Part shown: positions 20,646 to 30,484 of the stretch, piece by piece
Numbering within the stretch: the first letter of the stretch is position 1
How the letters are laid out: every line of letters starts with the position of its first letter
IMG/VR virus record: IMGVR_UViG_3300010151_007551
Span: 1 to 64,000 of that record
Direction: 5' to 3' (one strand)
DNA from: a virus
DNA length: 64,000 bases
Notes under the pieces: generated by a model
What the model was told of the DNA's origin: nothing
The model's database searches: none
What the model saw: the letters and a program-made list of their open reading frames with translations, nothing else
Position numbers and translations under genes: made by a program

Positions 20646-22751
20646 TTATCTTATTTTATCCACTTTAAATTCAAGACTATTGCTATCTACACATGTTATG
20701 TCAAACATTGGAGCATTGTCTGGTAAAAAATCTGTTTTGTCCAAAACCGATATCAGTTTACCAAATGAACCGAGATTTAAACTATTTAAAGAATCCGTGT
20801 ATATTTTAATATTGTATATTCCTAAATCAATAGGGTCTTTGAAAACTAAACGTAACGTCTGTCCCTTTGACCATTGAATGGATGAATCATCTAAAAATAA
20901 TTCAAAGTCTTTAGTTAGGTTTATTTCAACGCCACTGTTTTCGTGTCTAATATAATTTGTAAATTTTCCTAATTTAATATTATTATTTAAATAAACATTA
21001 GTTATAGAAGTATTCTCAATATTATATTCTTGATTCGAATTTATTATTTTAAGCCTATTTGGCGTACTTCTGTCAACTTGTATTCCCGATCCTGGTCTAA
21101 TTGTGTCTAAATTATAAGAAATCTGAATAGATGCATTTCCTGATATTATATCATCTACTTTATCATTTACATTATCTATTAATTTAATAACAGCATCTGT
21201 ATTGTCAAAAAGAGCTTGACTTGCTTCTACCGATTTTTCCAAGTTATCAACTTTAATATTTAATTCGTTTTGATCTTGTTGATTTATTAATAAGTCTTTT
21301 AAATTATCAACCTGTTGTTCTAGGCTTTCTAATTTTAAAAGCTTATTGTTATATAGTGTTTGTAATTGTTTAAATTGTGTTAAAACGTCTAGAAATAAAT
21401 CTAATGAAAAAGTAGAATAATCATTAACTGATCGTTCAACTAATACGTTTTCAATAGACGTATCAAGTTTTAAATTTGCTTTATGAGAAAATGAATTACC
21501 ATTAGTTCCATTAAGTGGATCTGGCATGTATTTAGTTATAGGTGGAATCATAAATTCCAATCCCTCTTGTTCTACTTTGTCTAAAAATAAAATTCCATAC
21601 AGATTTGTTTTAGTATCTATTGGATTTCCATCTGTATCCAAATTATTTGGATCAAATACATCGTAATATATCAATACTGCATTATATTCAAAGTTTTTAT
21701 TTTGAACATAATCGTTAAATTGTGAAAAAACTTTTATTTCTTGGTTTTCAGCAGCTAGTTTATAATTTTCTAAATTAAAATCTATTGATATGCCATCTAG
21801 TGTTGATCTAACATAATCAACCGTTGCTGGTCCAAGTTGTTTTCTCAGTAATTGATCTTCCGCTACATCATATTCACCGGTTGAACTATAGTCATCTGTG
21901 AAATAAGAATTATTAGTAACTTCAGTATACCAATTTCCAGGCAATAAAGAGGTTGGATCGGCTGGGTCGTTTGTAATTTCTGTATTAACGCTTCCATCAT
22001 CTCTGTCATAGAACGCTTTCATACTCAAGCCAAATGGATGAATTTCATCGAAATGTCTACCTTTTAAATATTCTATATCTAATGGGTCAGGTGGATTATT
22101 TGTTATAGTTAAATTAGGAAAATAATTCTCATCCTTTATAGATTTAAATAAAACATATGGCGTAGTTCCAGCACTAGTCGGTACGTGTAAATATATTTCA
22201 GTATAAGCATTTTCAGTTGATCGTATTGAATTAACTACGTCAATGTCTGCGACATATTTAACTACGCTATTGTATGTAGATAGAGTTTCATCTGTTTCTA
22301 CAAACCTCTTAGCTGTTCCTAATGCGTCTACGTTTTTTTGAATATTATTTGCGTCTTGAAAACGAATAGCTCCTAGTTCCTTTAACCATTTCCAAAATAC
22401 TCTTTCTGCAACCGTTAATTTTTCTTCATAATCATATTGATCTCTACTTATTAAAAGTGCTTCCAAGTTTAATGCATAGTTTTCAAAACTATCAGCTAAA
22501 TTAACATTATTGTTTGTACTTAAACCATCTATTAATGGAGTTTCACCCGGAGCCAAAAACTGTATTTTATTATCAGTCGCTAGCGTATCTGGAGTTCCTA
22601 TTTCAGGAATCCTAAGAAGCGCAAACTTCGAATATCTAACACCATTGGGGTTGTTGGTTAGATTCAGCTGTATGTCTTCTATAGAACTTTGAAAGTTATA
22701 TAATATACCCTTCTTGTTCTGTATTGGTTTAATTAACGGTGTAACTGCCAT
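20646..22751 (-). CDS. Virion structural protein, 701 aa
   Basis: In the structural block; has an ERVFWKWLKELGAIRF segment and a coiled coil toward the C-terminus. Confidence 0.6.
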   Translation of the reverse strand: MAVTPLIKPIQNKKGILYNFQSSIEDIQLNLTNNPNGVRYSKFALLRIPEIGTPDTLATDNKIQFLAPGETPLIDGLSTNNNVNLADSFENYALNLEALLISRDQYDYEEKLTVAERVFWKWLKELGAIRFQDANNIQKNVDALGTAKRFVETDETLSTYNSVVKYVADIDVVNSIRSTENAYTEIYLHVPTSAGTTPYVLFKSIKDENYFPNLTITNNPPDPLDIEYLKGRHFDEIHPFGLSMKAFYDRDDGSVNTEITNDPADPTSLLPGNWYTEVTNNSYFTDDYSSTGEYDVAEDQLLRKQLGPATVDYVRSTLDGISIDFNLENYKLAAENQEIKVFSQFNDYVQNKNFEYNAVLIYYDVFDPNNLDTDGNPIDTKTNLYGILFLDKVEQEGLEFMIPPITKYMPDPLNGTNGNSFSHKANLKLDTSIENVLVERSVNDYSTFSLDLFLDVLTQFKQLQTLYNNKLLKLESLEQQVDNLKDLLINQQDQNELNIKVDNLEKSVEASQALFDNTDAVIKLIDNVNDKVDDIISGNASIQISYNLDTIRPGSGIQVDRSTPNRLKIINSNQEYNIENTSITNVYLNNNIKLGKFTNYIRHENSGVEINLTKDFELFLDDSSIQWSKGQTLRLVFKDPIDLGIYNIKIYTDSLNSLNLGSFGKLISVLDKTDFLPDNAPMFDITCVDSNSLEFKVDKIR

Positions 22752-22771
22752 TTTTTAATATACATATATTT

Positions 22772-23710
22772 TTAGAATATATCCATCTCTATTAAAGACT
22801 TCAACATTATCCTATCTGTTCCTGTACCATCTACTATATAAAGCATAGATGATAAAGAATTTAATTCCTTTAATTCTGTCATTTGAATTCCTAACGCTAA
22901 TCCAGCCGCTACTAAATCACTATGTAAAATTATAGGATTTCCAGTGCTTTGATTTACTCCTGCATTAATTGTTAAATTTAATCCGGTTCCACCATAAGCA
23001 TTGACATCTGCTATTATAGTTAATCCAGTTCCTTGTTCAACAACATTGTCTATGTAAATAGTAAACTCTGCGTTTTGAGCTGGAGGGTTGGCTACATCGA
23101 AATCAATTATGACATTTAAACTAGTTAATCCTGCAACAAGTGCTCCAAACGTGTATACACTTACATCTGCTTCTAGTGTTAAGAATATATTCTGTTTAGT
23201 ATCACTGGTTAGAGTAATGGTTGTTTCAGCAACGCCTGCATTGTCTGAAAGTGTTGAGCTTATAGATTCTTTAGATTCCATAACAGCAGCTGTCGTTGTT
23301 AAAGATTGATTGAAGGTTGTGTTTCCATCTACCGTTAAATCATCAATTACTAATGCTGAATTTATGTTTAAGGAATCTGCATCTATAGAAACATCTACTT
23401 GTAAAATATCTACGTTTAATACTGATTGGTCGCTTCCATTTTTTGTTAAAGAAGATATAATAACAGAAGGCGTTCCTGTCTGTAAAATGAAACCAGTATC
23501 GTCCATTATAACAGAATCAGCTTTAATATAACTAATCGGTGAATCTGTTCCAATAGAAAGAGTATTTACGTCTATTTCTAAATTATTAATTAAATCTTCT
23601 ACTCTATCTTTAATTAAAAGAAAGTTGGAATTGTTTATTGTCCTAATGTCTACGATGAAATCTGTTTCTAAAATTTCCTGTATAGGAATGTCAATTGGTG
23701 AAAATGCCAT
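22772..23710 (-). CDS. Virion structural/fibre-like protein, 312 aa
   Basis: N-terminal D.R.INNSNF motif; T/S/I/V-rich beta character; TATAAATA upstream. Confidence 0.55.
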   Translation of the reverse strand: MAFSPIDIPIQEILETDFIVDIRTINNSNFLLIKDRVEDLINNLEIDVNTLSIGTDSPISYIKADSVIMDDTGFILQTGTPSVIISSLTKNGSDQSVLNVDILQVDVSIDADSLNINSALVIDDLTVDGNTTFNQSLTTTAAVMESKESISSTLSDNAGVAETTITLTSDTKQNIFLTLEADVSVYTFGALVAGLTSLNVIIDFDVANPPAQNAEFTIYIDNVVEQGTGLTIIADVNAYGGTGLNLTINAGVNQSTGNPIILHSDLVAAGLALGIQMTELKELNSLSSMLYIVDGTGTDRIMLKSLIEMDIF

Positions 23711-23729
23711 TTTTTATCAATTATTTTAA

Positions 23730-23738
23730 TTATTTATA
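23730..23738 (-). promoter_or_regulatory. gp55-type late promoter (T/A/G)ATAAATAA (representative copy)
   Basis: TATAAATA here. Related 9-mers lie just upstream of structural genes at 4744, 6931, 8217, 28060 and 54532 (minus strand) and 33925, 42185/42201 and 44521 (plus strand). The motif is low-complexity in an AT-rich genome. Confidence 0.55.
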
Positions 23739-23750
23739 AAAAATAAATTA

Positions 23751-26700
23751 CTAACTTAGTATATTTATTTTTCTATCGTCGAGCTTTCGCTCAACATTTT
23801 TTCTATATATTATTTTATCATTTACGGTGATAAAGTTTTTAATTTCTTCAGAATAAGTACTATTTGATTTATCCGTTACTTCTACTTTTAATGCAAATTT
23901 GCCTAAATCTTTAAATTTCCATACAAAAAATGGAACTCCTTTTACTCTAATAATTTCTTCTTGAGTATGTTCATCTATTAGAGTCCAAATAAATTCTTGT
24001 TTTGCAGAGATGTTATTTACTATAAAAAATACCGGTGCAAATTTTGGAACCTCGAATCTTTCGTTAAACAACTTAATGTTAGTTATGCTAAATGCATTTT
24101 CATCTATAGTAGTTGGTAAAAATCCTCTTTGTCTATCATCTTTCCATCTCCAATAATCTGTGTCTACCCAGAAGTATGGATCCTGTACTGCGCCAGATAT
24201 CATATCACTTGTCTTAGAAAATAAAAACAATGTTTCTTCGTCAAATGCAGGAAATGTGGTTTTTAAATAATCTACTAACCGTTGAGAATATGCATTTCTG
24301 GGATGGAAGAACGTGTACTTATCACCCTTTTGACAACCCGGACTCAATGGACTAATTAAAGTGGTAGGTGTTTCACATTCGTATCCTGTCCATATGGTGA
24401 AAAATACAGATGCAGGAGATGGTACTAATTGATTTGGAGAAGAAGTAAGCGAGTCTCCACCGTCTGACGTTTGTTTTATAGCATTATCCGGTACATCTAC
24501 TGTTCCAATACCTGTCGTATATCCATCGGTTATGGTATGAAAATGTGAAGCAATTAGAGCATTTGTATTATCAACGGGCAGTGCGCTTCCGTCCAAGTGA
24601 TTAATTTCCCAAGTATCTCCCTCATCGGTAGATTTCATAAGAATTCCATCTTTTTGTGCATCTTCACTGCCGCCGCATGTTACCCAAAAATGATCTATGT
24701 TGTCTCCAGACGTGGGGTTCCAAGCTAATCTAAATGGTAGAAAAAAGAAATCAGGATCAAATGGAGAAACCGATGGAAAATCCATGAACCAATCGAAAAC
24801 TACATTAAAAGTAGTTCCACCATCTGTGCTTTTAAATATTCCTCCTATTTCGCCGACCCAGTCTATGCATCCAGCGATTAGGGTTTGCTGATCCTTTGAT
24901 ATGAATATGCCAAATGATTCTCTAGTAAAATCTCCACCGCACGGATTAACCGGAGCTAGTGGATTTCCGCTATTTAAAGTGGTCCATGTTAATCCGCTGT
25001 CTGTGCTTTTATATACAAAATTATCTCGTATCACAACAATTATATCATCACTGGCGTCGTTGGAAGGTCCTTCTATTACGTGAAAACTTAACGAAGGCTC
25101 TCCATCACACCACGTTTTAATACCGGTATATGCGGGACAATATCCTACCATATTGAAGGTTAATCCTGCATCGACGCTTTTAACTAGGTACCCGTCTATT
25201 CCTATTGCATATATTATTTTAGAATTCAACCACCACACTCTGTTCCAATGTCTGCCTTCCGTTGTTGACCATGGAAAAACATATTCCTCATCTTTCCAAT
25301 TTCCACCTGGCTGAAACCAGTTATCCCCTGCATCATAGGATACTTTTATTCCACCGCCGTAATCTTCCTCAGGAGATACATCAGAACTTATAGCAGAAAC
25401 TCCGCATACAATAACATTACTAGCTTTATTTGGTTCTGTCATTATGTCTAAATACAGTACTTCAAAACCTGGCACTGGACCGCTTGGAAAATCTGGAGTT
25501 ACGTCTATCCAGTCTCCTGTAAAATTAACAAGCTTATGAATTTTCTTTTGGCTACCGGCAACATATGTTATTGAACCATTACAAACCGGACCAGAAGGAA
25601 TGGGACCGGGACTTACGCTTGGACATGGCATATATAATATGTGATACATTTCTTTACTAAAATATTCTGCCTGTGCATGAATCTTATCATCTATTACTTC
25701 GTAATTGTATAATCGTATTCCGGGATGATCTGAAGCATTTAATTTGTCTGCTAGGTTTTGCAAAGAAGTAAAATTTGGAAGAACATATGGAGAATATAAA
25801 GATATAGTAATAGTATCGCCCGCCGTGGGCGTTGTCATATAAAAACCTGCATTAAAATCTCCTTGGTATATTAAATCAGTAAGTCTTGTAAAATAAAGAT
25901 CTTCGAATGTCATTCCTTGAAAATCTTTTAATTTAAAAGGAGGAGTATTACTTCCAAGTCCCCAATAATCTAATTTAGGACTATTCTGAGACGGATCACT
26001 GTACGGAATATATGTTTGTGTATTTTCATCATATATTTCTACATCATATATGTTTTTTCCTGTACCATAGTTATTTTGAAAATAAGATTCCCATTCAAGT
26101 ACATTTTTATATACATTAAAATTCTTATCTTCATTGTCTATGACGTTAACTTTAGGATAATAGAAAGTAGATGCTCCAAAGTCTCTCAGTTGAACATTGT
26201 CTAAATTGTTTATTCTATAATCAAATTTATCTTCTAATCTAGAAAAAGCTATTATTTCAGGTTTTTTATCAGTAACAGTAATAACTTGAGATAATGGAAT
26301 AGTATCGCCGTTAAATGTGTGAAAATAAAGCTTAACTAAATATTCACCAGTATATGGTAAAAAATGAGGAAGCTTATAAAAATCTATAGCTTTCCCTTTA
26401 TATTTAAAATTATATGGTTCTGGCGCAGGTTTTGTTATTTCCCAAGTTATCTCATAAATGTTTCTGAAATCTAAATTTTGTAATGTCCAATATTTAGGAA
26501 TACCTGGTCCTGGAGAATCTAAATCTTCCCATGTAACACCTTTAAATGTTTCAAAGGTAAACCGTGTTATATCCATTTCTAAAATAATGGGTGCACCTAT
26601 TGGTTTATCTGGACTATCTCCAAATTCCCAACTTAAATTCTTTCCAATGTCTGGATATCTCTCATCTTTAATTGCTTCATAAAAACTATTAATATATGAT

Positions 26701-28040
26701 GATATTCCACCCACGTCCTGTGATCCATATTTTTGAAGAAATTCATATGGATTAGGAGAGTTTTCATTAAATTGAACAACTCCTAATTCTACGCCAGTTT
26801 CATATTGTTGCCTATACATTGGATCTAAGCATCTTAATGTTAAGTCTACTTCACTCGTCGGATAGTGTTTAAATTTAGATATTTCATTTAAGTTATAATC
26901 TAAAATATGAGAATCGTCTCTCCAATACTTTAAAGTATACTTATTAAAATATACGAATTCACCAATTATATCTTTTATGATAACATTGACTGGTATTATT
27001 TCATTTTTAAGTTTGTCTGAAAGTCTATTTAACTTATAAAAAATTTCATCTACTGAAAATTCAGTGGTTTCAACTACGATTGGTAAACCATCATCATCGT
27101 AATCATCAGATGCTTTAGTAAATTCATATGTTAAGGCTAAAAACTCTGTTTTAACAAACTGCTTTCCAAATTTTAAGTTTTTGTTATTATTAAGAAGATT
27201 TAATTTATCAATTTTACCATCATCCAATATGTCTTTTAAATCAACTAGAAACAGTTTATTATAATATGGAGAATTTCTATTTACGTTATTCCAATATTCT
27301 TGAATATGCAAGTCATCTTTATATCCAAACATATCTATGAAATTAACAAGTCCTCTATATGTTCCAATATATGGAAAAATATCTTGCTTATTTACAAGTA
27401 GACCTTTTCTAGTTTCATTAATTTTTTTCCAATCGGGATATGCTTCTTTAATATCATAATCTGCTAATATATTAGCATCTGCTTTATTAAATTTAATACC
27501 AAAATTCTGAATCCATATTTTAAATCTTTCATCTTCGTCTTCTCCTTCTCCATAAAAATCTAATTTCGCTAATAATTGAGATTCATTTGGACTGCTATAG
27601 TCTTTTAAATAAATCTTTAAAGTTCTTCTAAATTCTGTTTCGGCATTTGGATTAAATGCTATGTTTGCTTGTAGAGGTAAGCTGATGTCTATATTAGATC
27701 CATCCGAAGTTGGAAGAATATCATCATAGCTTATAGTAATATTTTCTTTTTTATCTAGAAAATATCCATCTAGTTTAACTTCTTTTGTTACATCATATAG
27801 GAAAAATACATCATTTTTTGAATCTTCCCATTGCATAACAATGGCCTGTCCTGGAGATAGTGTTGGAAACTTATAATCAGTACCTACTTTTTCTACAATA
27901 AAAATGTTTTCATTATCAAATAGTGCTATTGAAAGTTGTTCGAAATAAATCGTCCCTTCCCATGCACCCGTTTCTGAATTAATTTGAAGATTTAAAGAAT
28001 CTCCATTCTTATCAAAAAAGTAAAGATTATTGGCTACCAT
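23751..28040 (-). CDS. Baseplate-type structural protein with an inserted BNR/Asp-box beta-propeller
   Basis: IGTYRGL.NFI..FGY baseplate-wedge-like motif; Asp-box repeats SYDAGDNW, SVDAGLTF, STDSGLTW, STDGGTTF, STDEGDTW and TSDGGDSL; PKD-like C-terminus. Confidence 0.7.
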   Translation of the reverse strand: MVANNLYFFDKNGDSLNLQINSETGAWEGTIYFEQLSIALFDNENIFIVEKVGTDYKFPTLSPGQAIVMQWEDSKNDVFFLYDVTKEVKLDGYFLDKKENITISYDDILPTSDGSNIDISLPLQANIAFNPNAETEFRRTLKIYLKDYSSPNESQLLAKLDFYGEGEDEDERFKIWIQNFGIKFNKADANILADYDIKEAYPDWKKINETRKGLLVNKQDIFPYIGTYRGLVNFIDMFGYKDDLHIQEYWNNVNRNSPYYNKLFLVDLKDILDDGKIDKLNLLNNNKNLKFGKQFVKTEFLALTYEFTKASDDYDDDGLPIVVETTEFSVDEIFYKLNRLSDKLKNEIIPVNVIIKDIIGEFVYFNKYTLKYWRDDSHILDYNLNEISKFKHYPTSEVDLTLRCLDPMYRQQYETGVELGVVQFNENSPNPYEFLQKYGSQDVGGISSYINSFYEAIKDERYPDIGKNLSWEFGDSPDKPIGAPIILEMDITRFTFETFKGVTWEDLDSPGPGIPKYWTLQNLDFRNIYEITWEITKPAPEPYNFKYKGKAIDFYKLPHFLPYTGEYLVKLYFHTFNGDTIPLSQVITVTDKKPEIIAFSRLEDKFDYRINNLDNVQLRDFGASTFYYPKVNVIDNEDKNFNVYKNVLEWESYFQNNYGTGKNIYDVEIYDENTQTYIPYSDPSQNSPKLDYWGLGSNTPPFKLKDFQGMTFEDLYFTRLTDLIYQGDFNAGFYMTTPTAGDTITISLYSPYVLPNFTSLQNLADKLNASDHPGIRLYNYEVIDDKIHAQAEYFSKEMYHILYMPCPSVSPGPIPSGPVCNGSITYVAGSQKKIHKLVNFTGDWIDVTPDFPSGPVPGFEVLYLDIMTEPNKASNVIVCGVSAISSDVSPEEDYGGGIKVSYDAGDNWFQPGGNWKDEEYVFPWSTTEGRHWNRVWWLNSKIIYAIGIDGYLVKSVDAGLTFNMVGYCPAYTGIKTWCDGEPSLSFHVIEGPSNDASDDIIVVIRDNFVYKSTDSGLTWTTLNSGNPLAPVNPCGGDFTRESFGIFISKDQQTLIAGCIDWVGEIGGIFKSTDGGTTFNVVFDWFMDFPSVSPFDPDFFFLPFRLAWNPTSGDNIDHFWVTCGGSEDAQKDGILMKSTDEGDTWEINHLDGSALPVDNTNALIASHFHTITDGYTTGIGTVDVPDNAIKQTSDGGDSLTSSPNQLVPSPASVFFTIWTGYECETPTTLISPLSPGCQKGDKYTFFHPRNAYSQRLVDYLKTTFPAFDEETLFLFSKTSDMISGAVQDPYFWVDTDYWRWKDDRQRGFLPTTIDENAFSITNIKLFNERFEVPKFAPVFFIVNNISAKQEFIWTLIDEHTQEEIIRVKGVPFFVWKFKDLGKFALKVEVTDKSNSTYSEEIKNFITVNDKIIYRKNVERKLDDRKINILS

Positions 28041-28085
28041 TTACATGACTTAATTTATATTATTTATTATATAAAAAAAAGAAAA

Positions 28086-28520
28086 TTAAATTGTATATAC
28101 TGAGCTATCGCCTTTCATATTTAAGGATATGGTTTCAACATTTTCACCGTCTTGCAAACCAGTTTTCCTATGAATTTTTTTCCATTCTTTTGCATAACCG
28201 TTTTTACACATTTGAGTAAAATACGCAAATGCATTAGGTGGAGTAGATTTCGTTGGATCAAAATTTCTCCAATATTTTATGCAATCTACGAGAGCAGATT
28301 GAATACAGTCTTCTTTATCTCGATAGTCTCTAAAATATAATTTCTCAACTGCGCGATTTGCAAGTGTAATAAAACACTTAATTGTGAAATCTGAAAGCTC
28401 ATCGTTTTTCTTGCATTCTATAACTGATTCTGTGAATTCTTTGTTGTTAATGTAATTTTTATCTCCTTTTTTTCTTCTTATTCTTTTCTGTGGCTGCTTT
28501 TTATATTGCATGTTATTCAT
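28086..28520 (-). CDS. T4 gp55-like late-transcription sigma factor
   Basis: Motifs YINNKEF, YWRNFDP.KS and NAFAYFTQ.C.N characteristic of gp55 homologues. Confidence 0.88.
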   Translation of the reverse strand: MNNMQYKKQPQKRIRRKKGDKNYINNKEFTESVIECKKNDELSDFTIKCFITLANRAVEKLYFRDYRDKEDCIQSALVDCIKYWRNFDPTKSTPPNAFAYFTQMCKNGYAKEWKKIHRKTGLQDGENVETISLNMKGDSSVYTI

Positions 28521-29184
28521 CGTTATTTTTAAAAATATTGTAAATTTTTAAAATAGGTAAGTATGAATCTACCATATCCATGTAAGGAGACTTAATATTT
28601 TTACCATTAAAAATGGAATCTTCTTTATTAAGTAATTTAAAAAGATCTGAGTTTTTTACTTCTTCAATTATAGGATCTTCTTTAAATTTTAGAAACACAT
28701 CTATTTTAGAAGCATTTCCCTTACACCCAATTGCGTTTTTTAATTCACTTGGACTAAATACAAAAAATTTATCTGATGAGTCGATTAAGGCGTTAAGTAA
28801 TTTAGATTTAAGTATACCAGTTGCTTGTGAAATGTCTACTAAGCTGTTTCCTTTTGAACCAAAGGAAATTCCTTCAATAGCTATTATATTATCAGTAGCG
28901 TTAGAGGTATGTTTTTTAATTTCAGTAATTATAACATTTGTTAATTTTTCAAAGTTCGTTAGTTTGTTTCTTTCGTTAATATGATATATTTCGTGTTTCT
29001 TTTCTCGTTCTCCTAATTTTTTTATTGTGAGATTATTGTAAGAGTTGTTTATAGTGTCTATTAAATTGTCATCTTTTTTACTAAGTCTATTGTTTGTAAC
29101 CGCAATCCATTTAAAATCTCTAAAATTATTAGAGATGCAAATTCCAGGATATAGGATAGAAAAATCTATACCTATTATATTCAT
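28513..29184 (-). CDS. RuvC-like Holliday junction resolvase
   Basis: RNase H-fold catalytic pattern IIGIDFS, IAIEG.SFGS, PSELK...G.KGNASK and DMVDSY. Confidence 0.8.
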   Translation of the reverse strand: MNIIGIDFSILYPGICISNNFRDFKWIAVTNNRLSKKDDNLIDTINNSYNNLTIKKLGEREKKHEIYHINERNKLTNFEKLTNVIITEIKKHTSNATDNIIAIEGISFGSKGNSLVDISQATGILKSKLLNALIDSSDKFFVFSPSELKNAIGCKGNASKIDVFLKFKEDPIIEEVKNSDLFKLLNKEDSIFNGKNIKSPYMDMVDSYLPILKIYNIFKNNDE

Positions 29185-29286
29185 TCATTTAAATATTATT
29201 TTTATTATAATAGATTATACTTTTATATTACTTTATCTACATATAGTTTCATTCAAATAAAAATTAAAATAATTCTATAAATAGTA

Positions 29287-29387
29287 AAACTCTTTTTTAG
29301 AGTCTAGTATAATAGGGTAGGAGGGTGGGAGTATACTTTAGTAGTTACTTTAAATTTTACTTTAATTATTACTTAAGTAGCGTACGC
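29287..29387 (+). other. Candidate replication origin (promoter + G-tract + 12-bp-period repeats)
   Basis: AAAC-N16-GTATAATA at 29287-29314; GGGTAGGAGGGTGGGAG at 29315-29331; TACTT[T/A]A at 29334, 29346, 29358 and 29370; GCGTACGC palindrome at 29380-29387; close to the coding-strand switch. Confidence 0.45.
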
Positions 29388-29393
29388 AAACAA

Positions 29394-30035
29394 TTAAATT
29401 AAATATTTAATAATCGCATCAGTTTTTTTTCCTTTAAAACTTCTTAAATTATTTTTAATTATTCCGCTTTCACTTGCCACTATTACCCTTTCATCATTCA
29501 TATTAATAATTTCGAAATCTTCATCTTCATTTTTTAGGATAGCATTTACATGTATAGGAAAAAGGTTACCTGTCATTATTTGGTGTTTTATTCTTTTATT
29601 ATCTGTTAAGTGATCATGTTGTTTTTTATGACGTGGACCTTTTTTATAATCTATATTAGGAAAAGCTCCTAACATTTCATTAAACCATTCTTTTACAGGT
29701 ATTTTTTCTAATTGATTTACCTTTTCATCGTGTTTAATAGTTCCGCGAATGTTCCAAATTCCGGAGTATGCAAATATGGTATTATTTAAATATAAATGTT
29801 CGTTTGAATCATTTGATTCTTTTTCTACTTCAGTTATTTCATCATTAAAGTCGTCAGCGGTTTCGTTTCCTTCTATGTTACCGAACCATACTGATCCATC
29901 TTCTCCAACTCCTTCTATTTCATATGTATACCAACTGTGTCCATGACTGTCTATTTCATCATGAATTTCATCCCAGGATACTCTTATTTTTTTTTTTGTA
30001 TCAGGATTTTCCTCAATTGTGAAAATATTATTCAT
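29394..30035 (-). CDS. Hypothetical protein
   Basis: 213-aa ORF with an acidic N-terminal half; no recognised motif. Confidence 0.6.
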   Translation of the reverse strand: MNNIFTIEENPDTKKKIRVSWDEIHDEIDSHGHSWYTYEIEGVGEDGSVWFGNIEGNETADDFNDEITEVEKESNDSNEHLYLNNTIFAYSGIWNIRGTIKHDEKVNQLEKIPVKEWFNEMLGAFPNIDYKKGPRHKKQHDHLTDNKRIKHQIMTGNLFPIHVNAILKNEDEDFEIINMNDERVIVASESGIIKNNLRSFKGKKTDAIIKYLI

Positions 30036-30130
30036 ATATTTTTATATATACGTTAATATTTAGTATAATATACTCAAATTATATTTAACGTGTTAAAAAT
30101 ACGTTCATTTTGTGATAAAAATTATTTAAA

Positions 30131-30313
30131 ATGGAAGATATTAAATATGTTATCGTTAGAACAAAGGAAAACGATAATAGAATTGAAACAAACCAAGACG
30201 GAAAGCCTTTTATTTTTAAAAAAAGAAAAAAAGCCGAAACCTTAGTTAATTTATGGAATAAAATATCTATTGAAAATGTTAAATATTTAGTTAAAGAGAT
30301 TAATAATGAATGA
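30131..30313 (+). CDS. Small hypothetical protein
   Basis: 60-aa ORF, first gene of the plus-strand block. Confidence 0.55.
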   Translation: MEDIKYVIVRTKENDNRIETNQDGKPFIFKKRKKAETLVNLWNKISIENVKYLVKEINNE

Positions 30314-30473
30314 TATTAAAGAATATCAAAATATATTAAGACAGTTATATGATTGTTATGATAATATTGATAAAATAAAAAATGAAGTTTTTAATAGCGG
30401 TGACATTAATAATTTAAAAACAATGATAACAAAATTAGAAACATACATTTCTGAAAAAATGGATATAATATAA
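30306..30473 (+). CDS. Small hypothetical protein (55 aa, not in the ORF track)
   Basis: The ATG at 30306 overlaps the end of the previous ORF and reads MNDIKEYQNILRQLYDCYDNIDKIK... to TAA at 30471-30473, filling the gap to the next gene. Confidence 0.55.
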   Translation: MNDIKEYQNILRQLYDCYDNIDKIKNEVFNSGDINNLKTMITKLETYISEKMDII

Positions 30474-30484
30474 AAATAAAAAAT

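Noticed and set aside
28513-29184. TnpB/Cas12-like RNA-guided nuclease
   Set aside because: It is only 223 aa with a compact resolvase-type RuvC, and has no zinc finger, REC/WED region, transposon ends or array.
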